DNA of 64,000 nucleotides from Acinetobacter phage Ab1-TPeters, in sequence record PP763253.1; one strand, 5' to 3'. Shown in pieces: positions 44,420-54,710 of the stretch (position 1 is the first letter of the stretch; the number at the start of each line of letters is the position of its first letter). A program made the position numbers and the translations under genes. The notes beneath the pieces were generated by a model, which saw only the letters and a list, made by a program, of their open reading frames with translations, ran no database searches and was not told the DNA's origin.

Positions 44420-46195
44420 TTAAGCTGCTTGAGCTTGTAGACTTACAGAACCTTCGCTAGTAAGAGCAACTGTGAAGTTGATTTTCTCTACTGATTGAGA
44501 AGGGCAGATAATAAGATCGACATTCAGAATATGATTATCGATATCTGACTGACTGTTGTTAGTCTCATCGCACACAGTAACGTACGATGTAACACCTTTA
44601 CGAGCTAACACTGAGTCCATATATTGGTCTATCTTAGCTTTTACATCTGCACGAGTGTCTGAATCGTTAAACTCAAACAGAGTGCCTTCTAAGAACTTAG
44701 TGATAGCTGGACCTAAAGTAACTAGCAGAAGTCGTACGTTCAGACGATCTAGCATTGAAGCTTGAGCTTGGAGTGTCTTCTGACCCCAAATCTTAATACC
44801 TTCACCTTCTTCAAATATGATAGGGTTAATTCCGTTATCATATAAGAAATTCTGGTCTTCTTCATTGAAGTGAACTTTAGTGTCTTTAGCTGATACGATA
44901 CCGCGAGTGTTACCTGCAGGTGGGTACCAAATCTCGAAGTTAGAAGCTGTTTGAAGAATAGCTGCAATAGCGAAACCATCTGGAGCTACAAAGATATCTC
45001 TGTCATTGAACTCGTCATATACTTCCACGTGAGGAGCATAAAGAGTTGCGTAGCTAGAATTGATATTCTGGTCTACTTTACGGAATTGGACACACTCACT
45101 AGCTGAAGTTTCTTCATTAGCTTGAGCAGACAAAGGTGCAGAAGTAATTGCAACTAAGTCCTGACGTCCTTCAGCTAAGTCTTTAACTGCTTGTTGGTAA
45201 GCAGGAATAGACCAACCTGAATCACCTACTACTTTAATTCCACTCCAACGTTTCTTGTTCTTAAGTGAATTAAGAGCTCGAATCATATCACCTGTAGTGA
45301 TCGGATCACCGTCAGTACCGCCAGTTAAAGCAGTTGGAGTAAGTACGTCTGGGATAGTTGTAACAAATTCATTATCAACGATCTTAACATTGATGTTGTT
45401 TTTAGTTACATCTTCAACGTAGTAGCTTAAGCCTTCAATTACGTCACGACTCTTAGAAATAATTACTGAGTCGATTGGGTCATTGAAATTACCTTTGCGG
45501 TAAATGCTCAACTTAGCAGTGTTAGGAATGGTTGTGTAGTTAAATGCAGGAGAAATATATGTTTCTCCTTCTGAAGCTTCGAAACTAACTGCAGTTGTTA
45601 AAGCAGCGTTAGCGTAAAGAGCTAATCCTGATTCAGTGTATTTAACAAAGTAGACCTGACCTGATTTAAGACCCACTGGAAGTTTACCTAGAACACGAAT
45701 AGGGAATCCGTCAGTCCATTGAGATAAATCTTCAGCAGTAAAGACACCTGCGCCAACAGTAACTTTAGTATCAGTTTTATAATTATGAATAGTAAAGTAA
45801 AGTTGATCACCCCACTTACCTTGGTCAGCAGCGTGAAGATAGATACTGTTATCACCTAGCTCTACTCCAGCTGGAGTGAGAGAGCCTTGACCAGTAACGG
45901 TAGCACCAACCAAAGCACCCGCAAATTGAGCAGACTCAGGCGCAGCACGAACAACAATAATATTGTCACCACCCTTGTAAGCAGCTAAAGCTGAGAAGTA
46001 AGATGTAGAACCACCCACTGGAACTTTACCTGAAGCAGTAAATCGCTTCAAGAAGTTATTTCTGTTTCCAGGCAACACTGGAGTGTTAACTGGGCCACGC
46101 TCAGCAGCAACTACCAAAGCAGCGTAAATTGAATCGCCGACTTTAACGTAAGAACTTAAATCACGTTCTTTATATTCAACAAATGCTCTTGTCAT
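44420..46195 (-). CDS. tail sheath protein
   Basis: 591 aa, following the head-tail joining genes and preceding the tube gene. Confidence 0.5.
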   Translation of the reverse strand: MTRAFVEYKERDLSSYVKVGDSIYAALVVAAERGPVNTPVLPGNRNNFLKRFTASGKVPVGGSTSYFSALAAYKGGDNIIVVRAAPESAQFAGALVGATVTGQGSLTPAGVELGDNSIYLHAADQGKWGDQLYFTIHNYKTDTKVTVGAGVFTAEDLSQWTDGFPIRVLGKLPVGLKSGQVYFVKYTESGLALYANAALTTAVSFEASEGETYISPAFNYTTIPNTAKLSIYRKGNFNDPIDSVIISKSRDVIEGLSYYVEDVTKNNINVKIVDNEFVTTIPDVLTPTALTGGTDGDPITTGDMIRALNSLKNKKRWSGIKVVGDSGWSIPAYQQAVKDLAEGRQDLVAITSAPLSAQANEETSASECVQFRKVDQNINSSYATLYAPHVEVYDEFNDRDIFVAPDGFAIAAILQTASNFEIWYPPAGNTRGIVSAKDTKVHFNEEDQNFLYDNGINPIIFEEGEGIKIWGQKTLQAQASMLDRLNVRLLLVTLGPAITKFLEGTLFEFNDSDTRADVKAKIDQYMDSVLARKGVTSYVTVCDETNNSQSDIDNHILNVDLIICPSQSVEKINFTVALTSEGSVSLQAQAA

Positions 46196-46196
46196 T

Positions 46197-46376
46197 TTAC
46201 ACCTCAGTCAACTGGTACTTAAGGCCAGCTGGTAATTTGTCGAGTTGAACGTCATTTGCATTCACAGTTATTCGACCCTTAGGTGGGATAATTGTAAAAT
46301 CATTTTTATAGCTTAATTGTACATCTTCGTTCAACGTATTCAAGATGATACAACCAGTAGGCTTTTTAGCTGCCAT
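46197..46376 (-). CDS. small protein (59 aa, below the ORF-track cutoff)
   Basis: MAAKKPTGCIILNTLNEDVQLSYKNDF... fills the 190-nt gap upstream of the sheath gene. Its stop lies 1 nt from the sheath start. Confidence 0.25.
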   Translation of the reverse strand: MAAKKPTGCIILNTLNEDVQLSYKNDFTIIPPKGRITVNANDVQLDKLPAGLKYQLTEV

Positions 46377-46386
46377 ATTGATCTCT

Positions 46387-47082
46387 CTATTGATTATTCC
46401 AAAGTATTAGATTGTCTGAATCAAGTGAACCTTTCTTAACCTCAAGGTCTCTACCTGAACAGTCTTTAACAGTGAAGGTAACTTCCTCAATTCTAGGGTA
46501 ATCCTCAGCTGGTAGCTCTAGCTCACCAGTAACGACAACTCCAGTAATTGTAGCACTTCCTCCGAGAGATTTGTAGTAATTGGTGTCTTTATTGAAGAAT
46601 AACTCCTCTAAATCACGTTCCCAATTAATAGCAAAATCTATCTCAGCATCAATCCCTGGAATTTTGACAGAAACGGTTGATACTGAATTGATAGCTTGGT
46701 TAGTAAGCCAAAGTGCCTCAAATACTTCAAGATCATTTATAGATTGAGAATAATATTGAAATCTATATTTAAATTGAACTGGAGTAAATTTGAGGTCGTT
46801 AACCGAGCCACCTACAGGGGAGGTGACGATCTGACCAACTCTCCCTGTAGAAGCTCTTTGGATAGAATCACGAGACCAAGCTAAAGCAGGCAAACTAGTA
46901 TTAGCAGCCACTGGCTTACTGTCATCGTTCAATCCATCCTGAACACGTAAGCTATTTAAAGTTGTTTCATAGCTTAACTGAGGATCGAACACAATTGATC
47001 TAATAAGATCTTTTAGTTTGGTCATTGCCACAGTGTGAAGTGAGCTAATAACCATAGCTGAAGTAATAGCAAATCTGCTCAT
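46387..47082 (-). CDS. head-tail joining / tail completion protein
   Basis: 231 aa, between the capsid module and the sheath gene. Confidence 0.35.
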   Translation of the reverse strand: MSRFAITSAMVISSLHTVAMTKLKDLIRSIVFDPQLSYETTLNSLRVQDGLNDDSKPVAANTSLPALAWSRDSIQRASTGRVGQIVTSPVGGSVNDLKFTPVQFKYRFQYYSQSINDLEVFEALWLTNQAINSVSTVSVKIPGIDAEIDFAINWERDLEELFFNKDTNYYKSLGGSATITGVVVTGELELPAEDYPRIEEVTFTVKDCSGRDLEVKKGSLDSDNLILWNNQ

Positions 47083-47643
47083 TTAATCCCCCAAGCTAGA
47101 TAGCTTAAATCTGTGAAAGATAGTTGTTTGATTTCCAACCACTTCTAAGCCAACAACTATGAATCTTATTTGTTTTGAATCGCTTCTATTTATTGAAAGA
47201 ATGTCACCTTCATTTAAATCTGAATCAGTAATTGTGTAAGCATATCCTGCTTCCTCAATATAACCTAAATCAAATTTGTTAATTAAGCGCCATTGATAGT
47301 TATTAAATAAAACTTTTAATGGAACTCCTTCACCTTTGTATCTAACATTAGTGTCAATTGGAGTTGGATTAAAAATGCCATTAGTGAGATCAATTGTTTG
47401 AAACTCAGTTTCTGGTGGATTGTTGTAAACTTCATCGTAGATAGATGATTGCTCATAGGTAGTTTTAGGACTTGAATTAAAAGTGCTATTACCTGCAAAA
47501 ACACCATAGACTTCGTCAGCTTGGTCAGATAGTTGTCTCTTAAACATCAGACACTCCTGACCGCTAACTAATAAACCAGCTTTAACGTGAGCAAAAGTAA
47601 ATTTATTAGTAGCCTCTTCGAGTTTATTCAAAAAGTTACTCAT
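47083..47643 (-). CDS. head-tail joining protein
   Basis: 186-aa ORF, contiguous with its neighbours. Confidence 0.35.
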   Translation of the reverse strand: MSNFLNKLEEATNKFTFAHVKAGLLVSGQECLMFKRQLSDQADEVYGVFAGNSTFNSSPKTTYEQSSIYDEVYNNPPETEFQTIDLTNGIFNPTPIDTNVRYKGEGVPLKVLFNNYQWRLINKFDLGYIEEAGYAYTITDSDLNEGDILSINRSDSKQIRFIVVGLEVVGNQTTIFHRFKLSSLGD

Positions 47644-47650
47644 AAATCAC

Positions 47651-48286
47651 CTACATAGCTGCTAGCATCCAATCACTGGTAGTTTGGATATCTTCAATTG
47701 CCTTCTCGTAGATTCCTTGACCCTCAGCTACCAACTGTTCACCATCTTGAGTGAATGGTAAGTCATTAAGAGCAAATGATCTTCTAGACCTTCCGATAGA
47801 TATCATCAGTCGACCTACAAATAAATCAATGAAGAAAGAATCAGTTAACTCTAGAGATTCAATTGATTTCTTCTCTTTGTCATATACATGTGGAACTGCA
47901 TACCTTACTTCATAACTATTCTTAGGTAAGAATGTCTTAAATACACCAGTTGATGAATCATATCTCCAGTATTGACTAGAAATAGTTCCGAATCTGTTGT
48001 AACTGAAGTATTGAGTTAAACCAGCTCTAGTCTTAATGTCTGCGATTAAGATTGGCTTACGTTGAGGGAAACTAGCAGGGTTATCGTCAAAAACCTTACC
48101 ATCATAGAGCTCAAGAAATTCGGTTTTAACTTCTGGACGATATCTACTATAAACAGCTAGCTCACGAATAATGAGCATTTCAACTAAGTCATGTCTGAAC
48201 ATAGTTGCTTCTTCAATATTTTCAAGAATGAATTGACCTGACTGGATAGAAAAGGCATCCATAAGCTCTTTATAAGATATCGCCAT
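47651..48286 (-). CDS. head-tail connector/adaptor protein
   Basis: 211-aa ORF. Confidence 0.35.
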   Translation of the reverse strand: MAISYKELMDAFSIQSGQFILENIEEATMFRHDLVEMLIIRELAVYSRYRPEVKTEFLELYDGKVFDDNPASFPQRKPILIADIKTRAGLTQYFSYNRFGTISSQYWRYDSSTGVFKTFLPKNSYEVRYAVPHVYDKEKKSIESLELTDSFFIDLFVGRLMISIGRSRRSFALNDLPFTQDGEQLVAEGQGIYEKAIEDIQTTSDWMLAAM

Positions 48287-48290
48287 GTCT

Positions 48291-48605
48291 TCACCCCATC
48301 AGCTGTTCGCGTCTTCTCATTGAGATTTCACGGTTACGTTTAGTGGAAGCCTTACGGTTAGCTTTCTTAGCAGCTTTACTACGGCGACGCTTCTCTAGCG
48401 CTGTCATTCTAACTAGGTTACCAGTTTTTGAATCACGTTTGAAGCCTTCACGATTTTGTACTCCAGCATATTTTCTACGCTTTAGAATAACTGATTTACC
48501 ATCGCGGATAGCTCGAATCCGTTTAATAGTGAAAACAGATTCGTTTGTATCTTCTACTACTTGAACTGATTGAACAGTTTCCAATAATCTTTGTGCTCTA
48601 CTCAT
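48291..48605 (-). CDS. highly basic small protein (possible DNA-binding internal/head protein)
   Basis: 104 aa. The C-terminal half is R/K-rich: RRRSKAAKKANRKASTKRNREISMRRRE. Confidence 0.35.
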   Translation of the reverse strand: MSRAQRLLETVQSVQVVEDTNESVFTIKRIRAIRDGKSVILKRRKYAGVQNREGFKRDSKTGNLVRMTALEKRRRSKAAKKANRKASTKRNREISMRRREQLMG

Positions 48606-49144
48606 GGAGTTCTCCGAGGTCTATTAAGATACTCAAGGATTTGCTTATTATCAGCAATCAAGCCGTTTTGCATTAATACTTTTACTAATGCTAAACTATG
48701 TTTGCACATGCCTGGAGTTTTAGTTGGGTTTCTTTCAGGGTAAGTTGTGGTCTTTCTTACATAAGGTTTGAATTTACCAATTAAGGCTTTCTTTTGCTTA
48801 TTCGGATATTGCCACATGAAGTAATCATCCTTACAAGTACATCTAACTTGTAAGTTATTCTTCGTAGCTGAAATTTTAGGTATATAAACTACACCGCCTC
48901 CATCTAGATTAACTTTTAATAAATTAGTCTTATCTGGAGTATCAGAGTTAGTCACTTGTGAAAAAGTAAGCTGGACTAGGTATTGACTGAAAGAGTCTTT
49001 CTGTTGAGTTCGAGCTTGCGCTTTAACAAATAACTGCTTAGTTCTAGGCACATATTTGAAATCAAGAGCTCCCACTTTACCTACAGGATATTGATTCTTT
49101 CTTAAAATGTTAGTTCCGCGTAAGATAATATCTTGTAAATTCAT
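48602..49144 (-). CDS. head completion protein
   Basis: 180-aa ORF with ATGA overlap. Confidence 0.35.
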   Translation of the reverse strand: MNLQDIILRGTNILRKNQYPVGKVGALDFKYVPRTKQLFVKAQARTQQKDSFSQYLVQLTFSQVTNSDTPDKTNLLKVNLDGGGVVYIPKISATKNNLQVRCTCKDDYFMWQYPNKQKKALIGKFKPYVRKTTTYPERNPTKTPGMCKHSLALVKVLMQNGLIADNKQILEYLNRPRRTP

Positions 49145-49166
49145 AAGAGCTCTCTCATTAATTCAG

Positions 49167-49862
49167 TTATTCGATAACTGTAATTTTGACTTCTTTAGTA
49201 AGTTCAGGCTTAGCCTTAGACTCTACTAAAATAATTGCTTCACCAGCTTTCTTACCTACCAGCTTGCCTCTACTTAAAGCAACAATATCTGGTGTTTTTG
49301 AAGTTATATTAAAGTTTTTATCTGTAGTTTCTTCTGGTTTGATTGAAACAGGAAGTGAATACTTATCACCCACTTTAATTTCAATATCTTCTTTAACTTC
49401 AATTTCAGTTGGAAGAATAACTGGAATCAGTACTTCCACTCTTACTTCTTGAGAAACTGAATTATCAAAGTTTGAAGTAACTTTAAGTTTCGCGACACCT
49501 TCCGCTAAGCCAGATACTTCTTGGTTATCACTTAGCTCAACGAATTCTTTACCTTCAAGAATTTCCACTTTAACTGAAGAATCTTCAATGCTGTTCGGAA
49601 TTACTTGAACTTCAAGAGCTTTAAGTTGACCAACTAGAATTCTAAGTGGCTCTACCTTTAGCTCTTTAAGAGTAATCTTCTCTTCTTCAGCATTATAATC
49701 TACTTCTAGATTGTATCGTTTAACCCAATAGTCCAAAACATCCTTAACGTTAGCAACTGGATTATTTAGAAAAACTACAGATCCTGGGCGAAGTTCAGTT
49801 TTAGCTTTACCAATTTCTAAGGGTAAAGAAATTTTGAATTTACTGTTGTTTGTAATACGCAT
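49167..49862 (-). CDS. Ig-like (Big_2-type) head decoration protein
   Basis: Two Big_2-like segments (VSGLAEGVAKLKVTS and LSRGKLVGKKAGEAIILVESKA). It lies directly downstream of the capsid gene. Confidence 0.45.
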   Translation of the reverse strand: MRITNNSKFKISLPLEIGKAKTELRPGSVVFLNNPVANVKDVLDYWVKRYNLEVDYNAEEEKITLKELKVEPLRILVGQLKALEVQVIPNSIEDSSVKVEILEGKEFVELSDNQEVSGLAEGVAKLKVTSNFDNSVSQEVRVEVLIPVILPTEIEVKEDIEIKVGDKYSLPVSIKPEETTDKNFNITSKTPDIVALSRGKLVGKKAGEAIILVESKAKPELTKEVKITVIE

Positions 49863-49886
49863 TTCGTACTCCTGTGTTAGAAAGAG

Positions 49887-49920
49887 GGGAATTACCTTTC
49901 GATAATTCCCCTTTTCTCAG
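49887..49920 (-). terminator. terminator/attenuator hairpin downstream of the major capsid gene
   Basis: GGGGAATTA pairs with TAATTCCCC around an 8-nt loop. T-rich runs lie on both strands. Confidence 0.5.
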
Positions 49921-49923
49921 CTG

Positions 49924-51357
49924 TTAAGCAGTGATGTTCAGACCAACAACAAGATTGTTGTTAATCGGAGTCATACCAGCCCAAACACCAGCAGCTTTAG
50001 TACCGCGGAATGGGTTGTTAGAATCCTGAACAGTATCAGTTACGATTAACGGCATGAACGGAGAGTAAGCCAATGGGCAATTGAAGTAGCCATCTGGGTT
50101 ACCTAACAAGAACATTGAATCGTCTGCAACTAGGTTAGTTGCGCGGATTACAGGGATACCATCATAGTAGCCATATAAGCCGATTGAAGTAGTAGGTTGC
50201 ACTGCAGCAGCACGGAACTCAGGAAGACCACGAAGGGTTGCACAAGCAGTACGGCCAGCAATGATACGACCCGCAGTACCAACACCAGCTTGAGCGTGCA
50301 TTACGCTTTCAGCTTGAGCGAATTGGTCTACGAAGGTCAACTTATGTTCAGCATAAGAAGTACCTGTAAGTGGTGTTTTACTCCACTCTGTAACTGCACC
50401 AGTAACCATACCTGCGAGTGTTTTAACTGCACGTGTATTTAGTGTGTTAGTTAATTCATTCGCTAAGTCAGCTGCAACTTCATCATCAGCAGATTTGCCG
50501 AAGCGTTGAGCGAACGCATAGTTAGAGAAGGTACCGATGTCAGCAGCGATAGCCCAGATTTCAGCACGGATGTCTTTAGTAACAAGACCAGCTTCAATTT
50601 TTGGAAGAGCTTTAGCACGATCAACGTCGATATCAGCAATAACTTGAATCTTAGCATCAGCTGGAAGAGCGTCAACAGTGTTGATTTCAATTGCACCAGT
50701 TTTGTAATTAATAGTACCACTGAAGCCGAAGCCAAGGATCTTGCCGTAACCGTCATCTTTACCTTGACCAACGCCTTGAACGTCAACCATGATTGTATAT
50801 GGACGAACAGCGTCAGATGCGACTTGACCAGCGAATGCAGTAGTTGTGCCGTCACCTGTCGCAACAGTAACTTGGAGACGTTGAGCACCTAAAGTACCGT
50901 CACCAAGTTTGTCAAGTTTCAATGGATCGCGAATAACGTCACCAGCCTGGTAGCCACCAGCTGCTTGAGAAGCACGCATTTGTTTGTAGTAAACGATACC
51001 ATGTTCTTCTTGAATCGGTTGGATAGAAGATACCAAAGGTAGGATCGAGTTACCAACTGCAGCGGTAATAACGTCAAGAGCGATCTTAGGAATAGCACCC
51101 AAGCTTGACAAACCACTAAAGTTTTCGTTAACGAAGTTTTGGTAACCAGAGTATTGGTCTAACTGACGACCCATAGTGATTACGTTCATTGCGCTAAGGC
51201 TTTCGTTAGCGTGAGCTAAGATAGAGCTGCTTTCGAATGCTTGCATTTGCTCAGGGTACTTATCAAAGTACATATTCGCAAGAGTGTCATTCTTCTGGTC
51301 ATCTAATTCAAGAGCTTCATCAACAGAGTTGAAGTCTGTACGTAGTTGTTTAGTCAT
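49924..51357 (-). CDS. major capsid protein
   Basis: 477 aa, between the scaffold and decoration genes, followed by a hairpin. Confidence 0.55.
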   Translation of the reverse strand: MTKQLRTDFNSVDEALELDDQKNDTLANMYFDKYPEQMQAFESSSILAHANESLSAMNVITMGRQLDQYSGYQNFVNENFSGLSSLGAIPKIALDVITAAVGNSILPLVSSIQPIQEEHGIVYYKQMRASQAAGGYQAGDVIRDPLKLDKLGDGTLGAQRLQVTVATGDGTTTAFAGQVASDAVRPYTIMVDVQGVGQGKDDGYGKILGFGFSGTINYKTGAIEINTVDALPADAKIQVIADIDVDRAKALPKIEAGLVTKDIRAEIWAIAADIGTFSNYAFAQRFGKSADDEVAADLANELTNTLNTRAVKTLAGMVTGAVTEWSKTPLTGTSYAEHKLTFVDQFAQAESVMHAQAGVGTAGRIIAGRTACATLRGLPEFRAAAVQPTTSIGLYGYYDGIPVIRATNLVADDSMFLLGNPDGYFNCPLAYSPFMPLIVTDTVQDSNNPFRGTKAAGVWAGMTPINNNLVVGLNITA

Positions 51358-51413
51358 AGTTATTTCCTGAGGAATTTATTTAATAAAATTAATTACTTAA
51401 TAAGATTAAGTTC

Positions 51414-52811
51414 TTACTTAGCTGGAGTCATGAGTTTCTTAGAAAGACCAGATGATTGGAAACGAGATTGTGTTTGACGGTTCTCATTTACATCAGCAGC
51501 TTTCTCAACTACAACACCACGTAAGCCCTTAGTAGTAAAACCACTACGTTGACTTTCGTTTACAGCAGTGATGTTAGCTTGAACTTTGTCTTCAATACGT
51601 AACATTTCAGATACTTCTTGAAGATTATTGCCGCAGTTGTCGGCTAAAAGACGAACAGCAGACTCGTCTACACGGGCTGCTTCAGCCATTTCTTTGATTT
51701 TCTCATCGAATTTAGCTTGAACTTCTGCTTCATTAGCTTCTACTAATTGTTTGATCTCTTCAGGAGTACCTAGCTCAGATAGTTCTTCATGAATATCCAT
51801 TAAGTGGCTAATTTCTTCTGGAGTACCTAAAGATTCATACACTTTAAGTGCTTCAAGTTCAGCAGTGTGGTCTGGAGTAGCAGACAGGCTTTCGTTAACT
51901 GTATTAAGTTTCTCAGAAACTTCAGTTAATTCCGCTTGAACTTTAGTCAAACTTTCGTTTACTTGAGCGTTAGCTTGAGTTAATTCTTCAATTTTAGCTT
52001 CAGCTTCATCTAAAGCTTCTTCAACTTCTGATGGAGTACCTAGTTCTTGATACTCAGCAACAGTAGCTCTCAAGCTTTCGTTAGTAGCTGTTAATTCAGC
52101 ATTTTGTTCTTGAGCTTTTGCTAACTGTTTCTCAAGAAGTTCAATAGTCTTATCAGTCATTTTACTTGCCTCATTTGAACGGTCATCTGACCCATTTAGA
52201 TATGATTCGTTAATCAGAGCCGCTAATAGATCTTTCTCTTCGTCATTAAGTGATTCAGTTACTTCTGGGAGAGCACCTGAGAATCCTGGAGTTATTACGA
52301 AATCGATTCGTTCAAATAAATATTTGATTAACTCTTTAGCTCCATCAGGTCTCCTGCGAGGACTGAATAAACCCTTTGCCTTAGTAGAGACTTTAAGCTT
52401 ACTACCAGCTCTTAGTAGAGTATTTAGTATCTTACCAACTTTAGTGTTAAGAACCAAATATTCTGCCATGCCAATACCTGTTTCTTCATCTATCCACATC
52501 TTAGTCGTAACGTGAGATGCGACACCTTCCCTTAGGGTATTATCGTCAATCACAATATCGTGACCTATAGTTCCATACATAGTTCTTGAATCAAGCTTTG
52601 ATTGAACAATCGGGTCATCTAAGATGTCATCCCAAATCTTTCTAGGGTAAAATACCCCGTTGCCAGATTTAGAATCAGGAAAGAATGCAGGTCCAGTGAC
52701 TTTGGCAAGAATATGTATACCATCCACTTCTGAACCAGTTACAGGAGTATACGAGTGGTAATTTTCCCATACTTCGTTCAGAGCAGTAGGCAAATTAGCC
52801 TTTTCTGTCAT
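51414..52811 (-). CDS. scaffolding protein (N-terminal domain possibly prohead protease)
   Basis: The C-terminal ~250 aa is acidic coiled-coil with repeated E/L/T/A heptads and the duplicated segment ELGTPEEI. Confidence 0.45.
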   Translation of the reverse strand: MTEKANLPTALNEVWENYHSYTPVTGSEVDGIHILAKVTGPAFFPDSKSGNGVFYPRKIWDDILDDPIVQSKLDSRTMYGTIGHDIVIDDNTLREGVASHVTTKMWIDEETGIGMAEYLVLNTKVGKILNTLLRAGSKLKVSTKAKGLFSPRRRPDGAKELIKYLFERIDFVITPGFSGALPEVTESLNDEEKDLLAALINESYLNGSDDRSNEASKMTDKTIELLEKQLAKAQEQNAELTATNESLRATVAEYQELGTPSEVEEALDEAEAKIEELTQANAQVNESLTKVQAELTEVSEKLNTVNESLSATPDHTAELEALKVYESLGTPEEISHLMDIHEELSELGTPEEIKQLVEANEAEVQAKFDEKIKEMAEAARVDESAVRLLADNCGNNLQEVSEMLRIEDKVQANITAVNESQRSGFTTKGLRGVVVEKAADVNENRQTQSRFQSSGLSKKLMTPAK

Positions 52812-52815
52812 GTCC

Positions 52816-53100
52816 TCACTCTCCCATAGTTTCTACCTCGCAGTCATGCTTTTGTGCAAGATCAGAGACTAAGTTGTAGGAAGTTTTAACCATCATTTTA
52901 TTATCATCATTAGATAGTAATAAAACATTCTTATCATAAGCTGCTAAATCAAAATGCAGTTTACTTAATTTTTCTTTAACTTTTGATCGAATAACGTAAG
53001 CAGTAGCTCCTGATTCTTCGATCTTTTGAAGCAAAGCCAAACTTTTGTTAATTTTCATTTGGATTAGGTTCCTCAGGGGTTGGCTCAGTTCCAGGTACAA
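52816..53100 (-). CDS. hypothetical head protein
   Basis: 94-aa ORF; its start overlaps the portal 3' end. Confidence 0.3.
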   Translation of the reverse strand: MYLELSQPLRNLIQMKINKSLALLQKIEESGATAYVIRSKVKEKLSKLHFDLAAYDKNVLLLSNDDNKMMVKTSYNLVSDLAQKHDCEVETMGE

Positions 53101-54607
53101 ACACGTTCTGCCAAACAGATCCTATTGATCTCAACTCACTCTGGATATTTTCAACAAGAGCTTTGTTGTCAATCTTGTAACCAGATCCTGGGAGGACTGT
53201 TTCTCTCATTGAGTCAATCAAACCGAATACGTTGTTAATTGAAGTTACAATTAGATCTTGTGATTCTAGATTCTCTAAAGCATCAGTGTTGATTGTGCTT
53301 CTCATTGAGACTTCTAGGTCATCGTAATCTAAGTCTAAGTCTTCATACTTATATGCTAAATGAAGCATGAATAAGTATTTCAACCAATCACAAAGACAAG
53401 TTCCGATTCGTTTAATCTTCTTAGCGTAACGTATGTTGATCTTAAGGTTGTCTTTACCGTTAGTTCCACCAAAGAAAGCTTCTGGGGGTATGCCGATCGA
53501 TTGAAGAGTTGTTTCAACACTCTCTCTAATTCGATCAGATTCAATAAGGTTATCTGACTTACCTGTGTCAACTACCTGAGGGACTGACCTGTCACCTGAA
53601 ATTGGAATAACCTTTACAGTTGAAATATCTTGGAGATTAAAGTTCATTCTCTCAAGATCAACAGCTGAAACATTAGCAGTGTTAATCATGGTGTCATATT
53701 TTTGAACCAGATTAGCCATCTGTTTTACGTCGTTATTCGCAGGTAACGGAATCCCTAGAACTGTAGGTGATAATAAATTAGATAAACTCTTATACGTGTT
53801 GATTTTATCCATCATCAACGTATTCTTTAATTTATCTAAAACACCCCAAATTATTGATAAAGGAGTTCTAACTTTTATAGCTTTACCTAAGGTCTTAGCT
53901 AATTCTGAGTCATCACCATATTCTTGTATGAGGACTCGTTTTAGTTCTTTACTTACTTTATCTGGAATTTTAAGTTTAATGAAACTATCGTCAATTGATA
54001 ATTCAGATATCGCAGATGGACCTCCAAACTTAACCTTTCCTCGAGCTTGAGAATAGTTTAAGTTCTCTTTACCGATAGTGCTTTCAGTAATGAAGTACAA
54101 TAAAGGGAAGCCATTTGAATCTTGGATACTGATTACGTCTTTTGCATCTAGATCATCTACGAGACCTAGGAGACCTTCTCCGTCTTCTAAATTAGGTTTA
54201 AGAGGGTAAGATCCATAATGCAAAGCCTCTGGGAGGATTTGACGAAGTAACTTAGGAATACCAATAACTTTAATTAGATTTTGTAACTCAGCAGTTAATT
54301 CTTCATTATCTTCAATCTTAACAATGAATCCACCTAACTCATCTGAACCTAGAACGTCATTACAGATAATATCATAGATACCTGAAGTTATGTAGTTCCA
54401 ACGATACTGAGATAACTGGTTGTAATAGCGCTCACGAGTACCTAAGGTTTTTCTAAGCTCATCTGTCATAAAATCAGCCACTTCTGCAGCTAGATTTTTG
54501 TGAACGAATCCATTGAATCGATTTGCCGAATTATTTAGGACTTCAGCTAGGACGTCACCTTCAGAAGTCACTACCTGTTCAGTTTTATCTTCTTCATTTA
54601 AAGCCAT
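53048..54607 (-). CDS. portal protein
   Basis: 519 aa, immediately downstream of terL. Confidence 0.5.
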   Translation of the reverse strand: MALNEEDKTEQVVTSEGDVLAEVLNNSANRFNGFVHKNLAAEVADFMTDELRKTLGTRERYYNQLSQYRWNYITSGIYDIICNDVLGSDELGGFIVKIEDNEELTAELQNLIKVIGIPKLLRQILPEALHYGSYPLKPNLEDGEGLLGLVDDLDAKDVISIQDSNGFPLLYFITESTIGKENLNYSQARGKVKFGGPSAISELSIDDSFIKLKIPDKVSKELKRVLIQEYGDDSELAKTLGKAIKVRTPLSIIWGVLDKLKNTLMMDKINTYKSLSNLLSPTVLGIPLPANNDVKQMANLVQKYDTMINTANVSAVDLERMNFNLQDISTVKVIPISGDRSVPQVVDTGKSDNLIESDRIRESVETTLQSIGIPPEAFFGGTNGKDNLKINIRYAKKIKRIGTCLCDWLKYLFMLHLAYKYEDLDLDYDDLEVSMRSTINTDALENLESQDLIVTSINNVFGLIDSMRETVLPGSGYKIDNKALVENIQSELRSIGSVWQNVFVPGTEPTPEEPNPNEN

Positions 54608-54710
54608 AAGTAAAGTCCTGAATTTAGATTCCTCCAGTTAACATCTCAGCAAAAGGTGCGCCTAATCACCACTGAGAAGTCTGGAGTTTAACTGGAGGAA
54701 AACTGGGAAT

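Noticed and set aside
50463-50892. Antisense/overlapping ORFs inside large structural genes (for example 50463-50888, 50506-50892, 41089-41298, 28477-28683, 21159-21371, 17241-18231)
   Set aside because: They lie within well-supported genes on the opposite strand or in another frame. They have low-complexity composition and no RBS, so they are treated as spurious.
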